DNA from: Chlamydiia bacterium | GTDB lineage: Bacteria; Chlamydiota; Chlamydiia; Chlamydiales; 2-12-FULL-49-11 | Reading direction: 5' to 3' | DNA length: 32,249 nt | NCBI GenBank assembly: GCA_044359535.1 | Contig: JBIKLZ010000008.1 | Span: 1-32,249, forward strand | Shown: piece by piece, positions 6,905 through 16,601 of the stretch | Position numbering within the stretch: the stretch's first letter is position 1 | Layout of the letters: every line of letters starts with the position of its first letter | Made by a program: the position numbers and the translations under genes | Notes under the pieces: model-generated | What the model was told of the DNA's origin: nothing | The model's input: only the letters and a program-made list of their open reading frames with translations | The model's database searches: none

Positions 6905-7999
6905 ATGGATAGATCCATACGCTTTGAAAATGTCTCCAAGTCTAAAAATGGAGTGTCCATCATAAAAAATATGACCATGACCATCCCCGGAAGTCTATTT
7001 TTTGCTTTACTTGGCCCTTCAGGGTGTGGAAAAACCACCCTTTTAAGACTTATTACAGGTTTAGAAAAGGTCGATTCCGGTAAAATATTTCTTGGAAATA
7101 TCGACATTACAGATATGCCTATTCATAAACGGCCTATCAACATGGTTTTTCAAAATTATGCACTCTTTCCCCACCTTTCCATATTTGATAACATCGCTTA
7201 CAGCCTTTCTATCAAAAAGGTCCCTAAAGAAGAAATTAAACAACGCGTTTTAAAAATTGCAACTTCCTTTCAATTAGAATCTCAGCTTTATAAAAAGCCT
7301 TCCATGCTCTCTGGGGGGCAACAACAACGGGTGTCTATTGCCCGAGCAATCATTGAAGGGCCTCAAGTCCTCCTTCTTGATGAGCCTTTAGCAGCCCTTG
7401 ATTTTAAACTTCGTGAAAAACTTCTCATCGAATTGATTGATTTGCAAAGCACCCTCAACATCACCTTTATCTATGTCACCCACGATCAAGAGGAGGCTCT
7501 TACTGTTGCCGATCAAATGGCTATTATTAACGGTCGGGGAGAGCTTGAGCAAATGGGAACCCCTAAAGAGATTTACGAATTTCCAAATTCAAGATTTGTA
7601 GCTGAATTTGTAGGCAACACCAATATTCTAGAAGGGAGGGTAAAAAGTCATCTAGAGCAGCAACACCTTGTAACCCATCTTGGAACTTTTTCTCTCGACC
7701 ATGAAAAAATTGGACCGTGGGCAATTAATGATGTTAAAGCCCTTTTGGTGATCCGTCCAGAAAAAATATTGATCACAAAAAGGAGCCAAACAGGCTTTTC
7801 CAACTCTTTAAAAGGAAAAGTCCTCTCAATTATTTACACAGGAAGATCGACCTTTTACGAGGTCTGTGTAGACAGCACACTCATTAAAGTATTTGAACAA
7901 AACGATGAGCACATTGAAAAAGAAGAAATTGATTATGAGGATGAGGTCTACTTATACTGGCAAAAAGAAAACACCCTTACCCTAGAGGGAATATGTTAA
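6905..7999 (+). CDS. potA: Polyamine-type ABC transporter ATP-binding subunit
   Basis: LLGPSGCGKTT, RPINMVFQNYALFPHL, LSGGQQQR, LLLDEP, YVTHDQEEAL, C-terminal TOBE-like region. ATG 6905 follows SD GGGAGGG. Confidence 0.9.
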   Translation: MDRSIRFENVSKSKNGVSIIKNMTMTIPGSLFFALLGPSGCGKTTLLRLITGLEKVDSGKIFLGNIDITDMPIHKRPINMVFQNYALFPHLSIFDNIAYSLSIKKVPKEEIKQRVLKIATSFQLESQLYKKPSMLSGGQQQRVSIARAIIEGPQVLLLDEPLAALDFKLREKLLIELIDLQSTLNITFIYVTHDQEEALTVADQMAIINGRGELEQMGTPKEIYEFPNSRFVAEFVGNTNILEGRVKSHLEQQHLVTHLGTFSLDHEKIGPWAINDVKALLVIRPEKILITKRSQTGFSNSLKGKVLSIIYTGRSTFYEVCVDSTLIKVFEQNDEHIEKEEIDYEDEVYLYWQKENTLTLEGIC

Positions 8000-8910
8000 C
8001 TCTGCTTCTAGAAAAAACAAGGGTAAAATCCCTTTTTAAATCTTTATCCCTCTCCTTTATAAAGAAAGAGGGGATTAAAACACTATGTTCTTCAGCAATT
8101 ATTTGGCAAGTTCTCTTCTTTTATTTTCCCCTTCTATTTCTTTTTTTAAGGAGTTTTTCTTCCCTTGATGGAGAGAGCCTTACCCTTAGCTATTTTAAAG
8201 AAATCCTGACAGCCCCCTATTTTAAGGTTCTATTCAATTCATTGGGACTTGCCTTTATTACAGCGGTTGCTTCCCTTTCAATTGCCATTCCTTTAATGGT
8301 TTTTATAGTCTTTAAAACAAAGAAGTGGAAATATCCCCTCTTATTTCTCCTTATCATCCCATTTTGGACAAATTTCATCTTAAATATTTACGCGTGGTTT
8401 TTTATCCTTGAAAAAAATGGCCTTTTAAATCAAGTCCTTTTATATCTAGGTATTATCGATAAACCCGTTCATTTTCTCTATAACCCTTTTGCTACAGTGA
8501 TTTTAATGGTTTACTACTACCTTCCTTTTGTCGCTCTTCCCCTATTTTCAGCATTAGAGCGTTTTGATCTCACTTTATACGAAGTCTCTCTTACTCTCGG
8601 AGCAGGAAAGTATAAAACCCTTTCAAGAATTGTTTTTCCGATGATAGAAAAAGCGATTATTGTCGGTTTCTTCCTTGTTTTTGTCCCAGCTTTTGGGGAG
8701 TTCTTGGTTCCAGAATTTATGGGGGGAGATAAAATATACTATGTGGGTAATGTGATCTCTTTATATCTTCTTGGAGGGGCCACAGCAGGTGTAGGGATTG
8801 CTTTTGCAACCTTTTCTATTGCCTTTTTGTTGATCGCCTCTTCTTGTGTTTTTTTAATCTTTAGATTGTTATTCCAAATGTTGCAAGGGGGGATAAATGA
8901 TCAGCCATAA
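7993..8910 (+). CDS. potB: Polyamine-type ABC transporter permease I
   Basis: IIPFWTNF, YAW, GLLN, VYYYLPF..LP, EAA-like loop EVSLTLGA, GEFLVPEFMGG. Confidence 0.88.
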   Translation: MLTLLLEKTRVKSLFKSLSLSFIKKEGIKTLCSSAIIWQVLFFYFPLLFLFLRSFSSLDGESLTLSYFKEILTAPYFKVLFNSLGLAFITAVASLSIAIPLMVFIVFKTKKWKYPLLFLLIIPFWTNFILNIYAWFFILEKNGLLNQVLLYLGIIDKPVHFLYNPFATVILMVYYYLPFVALPLFSALERFDLTLYEVSLTLGAGKYKTLSRIVFPMIEKAIIVGFFLVFVPAFGEFLVPEFMGGDKIYYVGNVISLYLLGGATAGVGIAFATFSIAFLLIASSCVFLIFRLLFQMLQGGINDQP

Positions 8911-9679
8911 AAAAAATTTTCTTTCCCCTTTACTGCTTTCTCTCCTCTACATTTTTCTCTATCTACCCCTTCTTGTGGTTGTGATTTACTCGTTTAATAA
9001 AACCCCTATTCATACTCCCTTAAACTCCCCATCCCTTCACTGGTATAAAGAGCTTTTTTCTAATGGAGAAATTTGGGTTGCCTTTTTTAACTCGATGATT
9101 GTTTCATTGAGTTCAACAGCATTAAGCATTCTCCTTTCTTTGCTTTTAATTTACTATAAAACTGTTGGAGGAAAGATTCAAAAATGTATCCCCCTTTTTT
9201 ACGGCAATATCATGATTCCAGATACCCTTCTTGGGATTGCCTTACTTAGTTTTTTTTCAATGATGAATATTTCTTTAGGACTTACCACAATTATTATCAG
9301 TCATACGGTTTTAGGGCTGGGCTTAACAATTCCTTTAATTTCAATGCGCTTTAAAGATCTTTCCCCTTCTCTTTTAGAAGCATCGGCTGTTCTTGGAGCC
9401 TCCTCATGGACAACTTTTAAAAAAATTGTCATCCCATTTATGATGCCTGCCCTTTTTGCTACCTCTTTGATTGTTTTCATCCTCTCTTTTGATGACTTTG
9501 TCCTTGCTAATTTTTTTGCGGGCCCTTCAGCACAAACCCTGTCTCTTTTTTTGGTGGGGTCTTTAAGATTTGGGATTTCCCCTGTAATAAATGCCCTTAC
9601 CACCTTTATCCTTCTTTTTACAACCCTTATCATTGCCTTTTTATTCCTATTTAAGAAAAAGGAGAAGCTCCAAACATGA
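8897..9679 (+). CDS. potC: Polyamine-type ABC transporter permease II
   Basis: FLYLPLLVVVIYSFN, SLHWY, LLEASAVLGA, FILSFDDF, ISPVINAL. Confidence 0.88.
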   Translation: MISHKKNFLSPLLLSLLYIFLYLPLLVVVIYSFNKTPIHTPLNSPSLHWYKELFSNGEIWVAFFNSMIVSLSSTALSILLSLLLIYYKTVGGKIQKCIPLFYGNIMIPDTLLGIALLSFFSMMNISLGLTTIIISHTVLGLGLTIPLISMRFKDLSPSLLEASAVLGASSWTTFKKIVIPFMMPALFATSLIVFILSFDDFVLANFFAGPSAQTLSLFLVGSLRFGISPVINALTTFILLFTTLIIAFLFLFKKKEKLQT

Positions 9680-10728
9680 AACACCCCATTAGAATTCTTT
9701 TTACCCTCCTTCTTTCATTTTTTATCCTTGGATCTATTCAATTAATATCAAACTTTTCCCCTACATCTAAAAAAAATGAACTCCATATTTCTGTCTATAA
9801 TGACTATCTTGATTTAGATATGATTGATGCCTTTACTAAAGAAACGGGGATAAAAGTTCACCTCCATTTTTTTAATTCTAATGAAGAACTGATCACAAAA
9901 ATCCAATTTTCAAAAGGAGAAGGGCTCGACCTTCTTATTCCCTCTGATTACACTTGTAAAATTTTAGCCGATAAAGGGGTTCTTCAACCCATAGATAGAT
10001 CGAAGTTAGATTTTTTAGATAGAATCTACCCTTTTCTCCTCAATAAGGATTTTGATAAAGGAAACAACTATTCTATCCCTTACACATGGGAGGCCTATGG
10101 AATCCTTTTTGATCCTAATCAGCTACAAATGAAAGAATTCACAATAAATGATTATTTTAATCCCTCTTTCCAAAAGGTGATGACAGGGGATTTAATTGAA
10201 GCAACATCGATTGCTTCCTACACCCTTTATAAAGATAAAAGAGATTTATCCGAGGGTGAAATTGAAGAACTAACCTCCTTTTTGAAAACTCAAAATAAGA
10301 GTGTGAGAGCCTATGCCGATTTTCGAGGTAAAGATATTGTTGCATCGACAAGCGCTGCCTATGGGATGGTAAAAACCTCTTTTTTAGATGCTATCCATAG
10401 AGAAAATCCCCACCTAAAGTTTTCTCTTACAAAGGACACTTTTTTTACAAGCATTGAAAATGTGGTAATCCTTAAAAAGTCAAAAAACCTTGATCAGATC
10501 TACACATTTTTAAATTACATCTACAAAGCTGAAAATTTAGCACTTACTGCAAATCTTTTTCCTTGCTATCCAGCATGCGAAGATACCTTTGCTCATCCAA
10601 ATAACCACTGTGATCTCTATTTTGATACTATAGAGGAAATAAAGTTACGCCCCTTACAGATGCAACTTTTCTACTACTGCTCTGATCCGGAAAAGGTGCG
10701 CAATATGTTTATTAAATCAAAAGTGTAA
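9676..10728 (+). CDS. potD: PotD/PotF-family substrate-binding protein (divergent binding site)
   Basis: N-terminal anchor, FTKETGIKV, SNEEL, DLLIPSDY, LQPIDRSKL, FDKGNNYSIPYTW; last gene of the potABC operon. Confidence 0.8.
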   Translation: MKHPIRILFTLLLSFFILGSIQLISNFSPTSKKNELHISVYNDYLDLDMIDAFTKETGIKVHLHFFNSNEELITKIQFSKGEGLDLLIPSDYTCKILADKGVLQPIDRSKLDFLDRIYPFLLNKDFDKGNNYSIPYTWEAYGILFDPNQLQMKEFTINDYFNPSFQKVMTGDLIEATSIASYTLYKDKRDLSEGEIEELTSFLKTQNKSVRAYADFRGKDIVASTSAAYGMVKTSFLDAIHRENPHLKFSLTKDTFFTSIENVVILKKSKNLDQIYTFLNYIYKAENLALTANLFPCYPACEDTFAHPNNHCDLYFDTIEEIKLRPLQMQLFYYCSDPEKVRNMFIKSKV

Positions 10729-10752
10729 TACGGCTTTTTCAAGCCGTATTAC
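10725..10752. terminator. Likely bidirectional terminator hairpin between convergent potD and acpP
   Basis: Perfect 12-bp inverted repeat GTAATACGGCTT-TTTC-AAGCCGTATTAC; U-tracts are weak. Confidence 0.7.
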
Positions 10753-10761
10753 CTATCCTCA

Positions 10762-11022
10762 CTACTTTTGAAATAGCGATTGCTTGCTGATAATATAAGA
10801 GATGACATCTCCTACAGTTTTTAAAACTTTTGACTCTTCTTCACTAATTTCTATATTAAGTCTTTCTTCAAATGTCATTATCAGTTCTGTTAAATCTAAA
10901 GAATCTGCATTTAAGTCCTCTACAAAGGATTTATCTCTTGTCACTTCAGCAGGGTCAACACCAAGTTGCTCCACAACGATATCAATCACTTCCTTTTCAA
11001 TTTCTTTTTCAATATCTTCCAT
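10762..11022 (-). CDS. acpP: Acyl carrier protein
   Basis: [27 protein letters not shown] (phosphopantetheine Ser), TVGDV. ATG 11022 follows SD AAGGA. Confidence 0.96.
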   Translation of the reverse strand: MEDIEKEIEKEVIDIVVEQLGVDPAEVTRDKSFVEDLNADSLDLTELIMTFEERLNIEISEEESKVLKTVGDVISYIISKQSLFQK

Positions 11023-11051
11023 ATTTTTCCTTATGTTTTGTTTTTTTTCCA

Positions 11052-11792
11052 CTATGAAGTCATTCCTCCATCTACAACAAGAGTATGCCCCGTAATATAA
11101 GAAGCTTGCTCACTTGCCAAAAACAAGACTGCATCGGCTATCTCTTTTGGTTGTGCACACCTTCCGATAGGGATCATCTCCTCTACTTTTTTTTTGTTTT
11201 CTTCACCTAAAAAATCAATCATCTCTGTTTCTGTATACCCAGGGGCTACACAATTCACAGTTACCCCCCTTCTAGCAAACTCTTTAGCTACAACTTTTGT
11301 AAAACTCACAATAGCTCCCTTTGAAGCACCGTAATGGGCTTGACCAGGATTTCCTCCCATAACACCGCCTGCTATAGAAGAGATGTTTACAATACGCCCC
11401 CCTTTATTCTTAATAATGTTTCTAGCAAATGCATAGGTCATATTATACACAGACTTAAGATTTGTATCCAGAACATGATCCCAATCCTCCTCTGTGATTT
11501 TTAAAAGCAAAGCATTTTTTGAAATTCCAGCATTATTAACTAAAATGTCTATGTGACCCCATTGTTCCAGTAAAAGAACTGAAAATTCTTTTACCTGTTT
11601 ATGGTCGCTTACATCCAATGAATAAAAACTTACATCCCCCTTAAGTTCTTCAAGAACCAAAGCTCCACGATCTCTCGATCTGCCTATAATAGCAACTGTA
11701 GCTCCTTCTAGTAAAAATTCTTTTACAATGGCAAGTCCAATACCCCTTGTTCCCCCGGAAACAACGACCTTTTTATTTTCAAACCGTTTCAA
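11052..11792 (-). CDS. fabG: 3-oxoacyl-ACP reductase
   Basis: [23 protein letters not shown] catalytic motif, [16 protein letters not shown]; between fabD and acpP. Confidence 0.95.
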   Translation of the reverse strand: MKRFENKKVVVSGGTRGIGLAIVKEFLLEGATVAIIGRSRDRGALVLEELKGDVSFYSLDVSDHKQVKEFSVLLLEQWGHIDILVNNAGISKNALLLKITEEDWDHVLDTNLKSVYNMTYAFARNIIKNKGGRIVNISSIAGGVMGGNPGQAHYGASKGAIVSFTKVVAKEFARRGVTVNCVAPGYTETEMIDFLGEENKKKVEEMIPIGRCAQPKEIADAVLFLASEQASYITGHTLVVDGGMTS

Positions 11793-12684
11793 ATAAATTC
11801 TCCATATCTTTTACCTCTTGAATACAAAAAGTTTCCCCTTTCAACCCCATTTTCTTATTCATTGTACTTAGCTGAGCAGGTCCTATTTCTATATAGTCGA
11901 CATTTAACCCCTCCATTGTATAGACACAATCAAGCCATCTTGTCCTTTGAGTCATTTGATCGATTAAATGTTGCTTGATAGAATCCACCTTAGTTTCCCC
12001 TTTGCCTGTTAGATTCATTATACAGACAATATTTGAATCTATGAGGGGACACATCCAAATCGCTGGGGCCAATTTTTCTTTCGCCTTTTCCATATAGGAA
12101 GTATGAAACGCGCCACTTACATTAAGAGGAATGACCCTTTTTGCCCCAATTGCCTTTAAATCGCTCTCTACATCTTTTAAATCCATTTTACTCCCCCCAA
12201 GAACAATCTGACCTGGGGTATTTATATTGGCAATTTGATATTTTTTAGGGATTGCTTCTTCCTTTAAGCCAATGACAGCAACCATTGCTTGAGCAATATC
12301 CATCGTTGCTTCATCCATATAGCGCCCCCGAAGAGAGATTACCTTTAAAAGATCTTCAAAAGTCCCTTTTTTTGATGCGACAAGACTTGCATATTCTCCA
12401 AGGCTTAATCCAGATGTAACCGAGGGTTTGATCTCCGGGTTTTGAGACTCCAAAACCTTTAAAATCGCAATCGATGTAACAAATAAAGCGATCTGACAAA
12501 AATCTGTTCTTTTTAAACTCTCTTCATCTGAAGAAAAAATCTTTTTTGCAATATGCATTTTTAAAATCTCTTCAGACAGTTGATATATTTCCTTAGCTTC
12601 TACATAGGTATCATAAAATGATTTCCCCATAAAAGGCTTTTGCGCTCCTTGTCCAGGAAATATAAAGGCCTTTTTTTTCACCAT
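11779..12684 (-). CDS. fabD: Malonyl-CoA:ACP transacylase
   Basis: FPGQGAQ, GLSLGEY, RGRYM, LNVSGAFHT, EIGP. Confidence 0.97.
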   Translation of the reverse strand: MVKKKAFIFPGQGAQKPFMGKSFYDTYVEAKEIYQLSEEILKMHIAKKIFSSDEESLKRTDFCQIALFVTSIAILKVLESQNPEIKPSVTSGLSLGEYASLVASKKGTFEDLLKVISLRGRYMDEATMDIAQAMVAVIGLKEEAIPKKYQIANINTPGQIVLGGSKMDLKDVESDLKAIGAKRVIPLNVSGAFHTSYMEKAKEKLAPAIWMCPLIDSNIVCIMNLTGKGETKVDSIKQHLIDQMTQRTRWLDCVYTMEGLNVDYIEIGPAQLSTMNKKMGLKGETFCIQEVKDMENLFETV

Positions 12685-12750
12685 GTTTCCTTTTTAAGAG
12701 CTATTCTATCCGATGTTTACCAAAAAATTCACGATATTTTTTTTCAATCA

Positions 12751-12779
12751 TTGAAGAATATCTTAAAAGACTCTACTCT
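12751..12779 (+). promoter_or_regulatory. Putative promoter of recR
   Basis: TTGAAG (12751-12756), 17 nt, TACTCT (12774-12779). Confidence 0.5.
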
Positions 12780-12811
12780 TTTGCTCTAATTAAAAAAAAA
12801 TAGGCCCTTTT

Positions 12812-13417
12812 ATGAAATATCCAAAACCCCTCCTTACCCTTATTAGTAACCTTCAAAAACTTCCTGGTGTAGGAAAAAAAACTGCCGAAAGATACTGCTT
12901 TGATATTCTTTCTTGGAGCAAAGAAGATCTTGATACTTTTGCCTACCACCTTTTTGAATTAAAGAAAAAAATTGGGACATGCGATGTATGTCAAGCCCTT
13001 TTAGACCTTTCTGATCAAAAGGGTTGTCCATTTTGTGACGAAACAAAAAGAGACAAAACTCACCTGTGTATCCTTTCCTCTCAAAAGGATCTTTTTGCCG
13101 TAGAAAGCACTCACATGTTTCTTGGGATGTACCATATTTTAGACGGCCTTCTTTCACCCTCTAACCATTTTTCTCCAAAAGATCTTCATCTAGATCGCTT
13201 AAAAGAGCGCATTCTAACCCTTGGAACAAAAGAAATCACTTTAGCCCTTGATGCCACTTTAGAAGGAGATGCAACCTCTCTTTTTTTAAAAAAAGAATTA
13301 GAGCCACTCAATGTGAAAATTTCAAGACTTGCTCTTGGAATGCCCATTGGAGCTTGTTTGGACTTTATTGATGAAGGGACCCTTTCAAAGGCTCTATCAG
13401 AAAGAACTGTATTTTAA
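12812..13417 (+). CDS. recR: Recombination protein RecR
   Basis: LPGVGKKTAER HhH, CxxC..CxxC zinc finger, YHILDGLLSP, Toprim EGDAT, SRLALGMPIG. Confidence 0.97.
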   Translation: MKYPKPLLTLISNLQKLPGVGKKTAERYCFDILSWSKEDLDTFAYHLFELKKKIGTCDVCQALLDLSDQKGCPFCDETKRDKTHLCILSSQKDLFAVESTHMFLGMYHILDGLLSPSNHFSPKDLHLDRLKERILTLGTKEITLALDATLEGDATSLFLKKELEPLNVKISRLALGMPIGACLDFIDEGTLSKALSERTVF

Positions 13418-13467
13418 TAAATCAACCTTCTACAATGTAAAAAAAAAACCCACTTTTAAGAGATCCA

Positions 13468-15840
13468 ATGAAAAAAACCCTCCTATCTTTACTTCTTAGT
13501 TTTTGCTTATCCCTTAATGCTGACCTAACAAAATATGATTCTTTTGAAAAGGTTCACGTTGAAGAAATTACCGTTACAATCACAAATAATTCAGAGCCAA
13601 ATTCCCCTGTAAAAGAAAAGGTCTTAACTCAAATCGCCCTAAAAAAAGGGGACCTTTTTAATCAAAGTGAATTTGATAAAGATCTCCATCTTTTGTCAAA
13701 AAAATATCAAAGCGTTGATCCAGAAATTAAAAAATACAATGGAAAACTCTACATTCATTTAAACATCACCCTAAGACCTACAATTGTTAAATTTATTGTT
13801 AACGACACTGTTTACAGCACCAAAAAGATCCTTGATAAGGGGGATTTAAAAGCACCTATGGAGTACAATAGAGCTCAATTCTATCAATCCATTACAGATA
13901 TTAGAGACTTTTTAATTAAACGGGGTTATTTTAAAGCAGATGTCTCTTATAAAGTTGAAGAAATCCCAGGAACTCAAAACGCTATTGCTCACATCACAGT
14001 CAATGCCGGTCCTTTGGGTCACATTAATGACATTGAGTTCATAGGGTTTACAAAAGAGGAAAAAAGTGCCGTCTACGGGATGATCAAGACCTCTAAATTT
14101 AACATTCTTACAAACTGGTTAACAGGAAGTGGGATACTTCGTGATGCAGATAAAGATCGCGATCAACAAGCCATTACTCAATACATACAAAATGAAGGCT
14201 ACATTGATGCAAAAGTCGAAATGATCCTTAATGAGACTGAAAAAAACAAGCTTTCTCTTACTATCTCCTTACAAAGAGGCCCTCTTTATCGCATAGGAGC
14301 TATTAAGATCAAAGGTAATACCCTTGAATCTTCAGAAGCTTTGAGCAAAAACCTCCTTATTAAAGAAGGGGATGTTTTTTCTGCTGTGAAGATCTACCAC
14401 ACACAAGAGCAAATTAAAAATGTGTACACTAAACAAGGGTACCTTGATACCAGTGTAAACTACGAGCTCATCCCTCAAGATGACCTTAAGTACACAGTTG
14501 TTTATACCGTAGAAGAATCTGAAAAGTACAAAGTGGGTTTAATTGTTGTTTCTGGAAACACTCGAACCGATAATAACGTCATCTATCAAAGGACTGATAT
14601 AGTACCAGGGGAGGTTTTTGATGCCTCCAAGATGAAGTCAACACAACAAAGACTGCAGGCAAGTGGCTATTTTAAAAATGTCAGTGTCTATGCAATAAAA
14701 AGCGATCACCTTCAAAGTCCTGATAACCAATACCGAGATGTTCGGATTGAAGTAGAAGAAAATAGAACAGCTAATTTTCACCTATCTGCAGGGGCTAACT
14801 CTACAACAAATATCTTTGGGGAAATAAGCCTTACTGAAAATAATTTTGATCTTAGCGGCCTTACAACCTTCTGGACAGAAGGGGTCAATGGATTTAGGGG
14901 TGCTGGGCAATATTTTGATCTCAAAGGGATGTTTGCTTCCAAAGAACAAAGCGCCACCCTTTCTTGGATAAACCCCTACATGAATGATTCTTTATGGAGA
15001 TTAGGTATAGATGTCCAAGGAAAAAAGGATAGCACCGTATCGACAAATTATGATCTTTATTCAATTGGTGGGGGGGTAAGTGCCATCTACCCTATTAACC
15101 CTTACTTTTCAAGCGGGGTAAAATGGAGATTTAAAGACTCCCTTATTTCGATTATAAATACAGAAGAAACCATTGCTATAGAACAAGAACGCAATAGCGG
15201 AATTGTTTCTGGTGTCTCTTTAGTATTTGGATACAACTCAACTGATAACCCCTTTGTCCCAAGAAAGGGGCTTAAGTCAAACTTTGAAACAGAGTTTGCA
15301 GGTCTTGTAAGAAACAGCACCCAAATTCAAGACTTTCCTTTTGTAAAGTTTTCCTATCTAAACTCATTATATTTCCCATTATGGCCCAATGCTACTTTTA
15401 AACTTCGTGGGGATCTTAAATATTCTCTTCTTTTAATGGATGGACAAAGTGATGAGCTTCCTTTTACAGAAAAATTCTTTGCCGGGGGTATTGGTACTCT
15501 TAGAGGGTACGCCCCTCAACAAATTGGACCCTATTTTAGCCCAAACAATCCTAAAGGGGGGATCGCATCAGAAATATTCTCTGCAGAACTATTACAAAAA
15601 ATTATTCAACCTTTAGATGTTTTTGCCTTCTTTGATACCGGTTCTATTAGTGATAACCCCTTTAAAGATATCAAATTTTATAGCTCTGTAGGGGTTGGAC
15701 TAAGACTAAACATCGGTCAAGCGATGCCTTTTGTCATAGGTTATGGCTACCCGATCAATCCAGATAACATCATAGATCCAAGTACAGGTAAAAATCCTCA
15801 GGTACAAAGAATTTTCTTTAGTATGGCAGGACAATTTTAA
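13468..15840 (+). CDS. bamA: Outer membrane protein assembly factor BamA (Omp85/YaeT)
   Basis: Signal peptide, repeated POTRA motifs (GYF/GYI/GYL, GNTRT), FFAGGIGTLRGY, C-terminal FFSMAGQF; followed by skp-lpxD. Confidence 0.96.
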   Translation: MKKTLLSLLLSFCLSLNADLTKYDSFEKVHVEEITVTITNNSEPNSPVKEKVLTQIALKKGDLFNQSEFDKDLHLLSKKYQSVDPEIKKYNGKLYIHLNITLRPTIVKFIVNDTVYSTKKILDKGDLKAPMEYNRAQFYQSITDIRDFLIKRGYFKADVSYKVEEIPGTQNAIAHITVNAGPLGHINDIEFIGFTKEEKSAVYGMIKTSKFNILTNWLTGSGILRDADKDRDQQAITQYIQNEGYIDAKVEMILNETEKNKLSLTISLQRGPLYRIGAIKIKGNTLESSEALSKNLLIKEGDVFSAVKIYHTQEQIKNVYTKQGYLDTSVNYELIPQDDLKYTVVYTVEESEKYKVGLIVVSGNTRTDNNVIYQRTDIVPGEVFDASKMKSTQQRLQASGYFKNVSVYAIKSDHLQSPDNQYRDVRIEVEENRTANFHLSAGANSTTNIFGEISLTENNFDLSGLTTFWTEGVNGFRGAGQYFDLKGMFASKEQSATLSWINPYMNDSLWRLGIDVQGKKDSTVSTNYDLYSIGGGVSAIYPINPYFSSGVKWRFKDSLISIINTEETIAIEQERNSGIVSGVSLVFGYNSTDNPFVPRKGLKSNFETEFAGLVRNSTQIQDFPFVKFSYLNSLYFPLWPNATFKLRGDLKYSLLLMDGQSDELPFTEKFFAGGIGTLRGYAPQQIGPYFSPNNPKGGIASEIFSAELLQKIIQPLDVFAFFDTGSISDNPFKDIKFYSSVGVGLRLNIGQAMPFVIGYGYPINPDNIIDPSTGKNPQVQRIFFSMAGQF

Positions 15841-15923
15841 TTCTAAAAAAATAAGGGTAGTATAAAACCTACTCTTATTGTAAAATAACCTTACTTTTAA
15901 CAAATCAAAAACAAGGATAAACA

Positions 15924-16517
15924 ATGTTTTTTCAAAAAAAGAATGCAATTATTTGCCTAGCAGTCCTCTCCTCTTTAACCCTTTCTCTTAGCGCTAAACC
16001 CTCGAATACATCGGCAAGAGTTGTCGATTTCACTAAATGTTTCACAGATTCATCCTATGGAAAAAGAGAACAAGCCAATTTCAATCAGATGAAAGAGCAA
16101 ATGGAAAAAGCAATTCAAGATTTAAGCGAGCAAATGAAAGAGTCTGCTGCTAAACTTGATGATGAGTTTGTTCGTGATGCTTTAAGTCCAGAAGCTGAAG
16201 CTGAACTTCAAACTAAACTTCAAACTCTTTCAGGAGAATTACAACGCTATCAACAACAGTATTACTACATGCTTCAACAAGCCAACATGAAGACCATGCA
16301 AACAATGTCTGAAAAAGTAAAAGAAGCCTCTCACACTATTGCACAAGAGAAAAAATACCCTCTTATCATGAATCAAGAGCAAGTTTTTCACTACACATCA
16401 GATCTTGATATCACAAGTGAAGTGATCTCTAAACTTGATGAAATGTATGTCACAGAGGAAGCTGCTCTTGCAAAAAGTAAAGAAAATGCCACTGCTTCTA
16501 AAGCGGCAACCAAATAA
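15924..16517 (+). CDS. skp: Skp/OmpH periplasmic chaperone
   Basis: Signal peptide, VVDF, Q/E-rich coiled coil, DITSEVI; sits between bamA and lpxD. Confidence 0.9.
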   Translation: MFFQKKNAIICLAVLSSLTLSLSAKPSNTSARVVDFTKCFTDSSYGKREQANFNQMKEQMEKAIQDLSEQMKESAAKLDDEFVRDALSPEAEAELQTKLQTLSGELQRYQQQYYYMLQQANMKTMQTMSEKVKEASHTIAQEKKYPLIMNQEQVFHYTSDLDITSEVISKLDEMYVTEEAALAKSKENATASKAATK

Positions 16518-16570
16518 GGGGTTATTTACCCCTTCCTTTTAACCTCTATTTTCTAAAGTAGAGGTTAAAA
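16516..16570 (+). terminator. Two tandem hairpins between skp and lpxD
   Basis: AAGGGGT-TATTT-ACCCCTT (16516-16534) followed by CCTTTT, and TTTTAACCTCTA..TAGAGGTTAAAA (16537-16570, 12-bp perfect stem). Confidence 0.6.
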
Positions 16571-16601
16571 AAACCTATCCATCCATTCAAAGGAATCCCC
16601 A

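Noticed and set aside
10990-11013. 12-bp near-tandem duplication (IEKE-IEKE) at the acpP N-terminus
   Set aside because: Only two copies of an A-rich unit within a helix; no evidence of function or variability.
12743-12755. Palindrome TTCAATCATTGAA between fabD and recR as an operator
   Set aside because: Short and AT-rich, and explained partly by the recR -35 element; no second copy found in the window.
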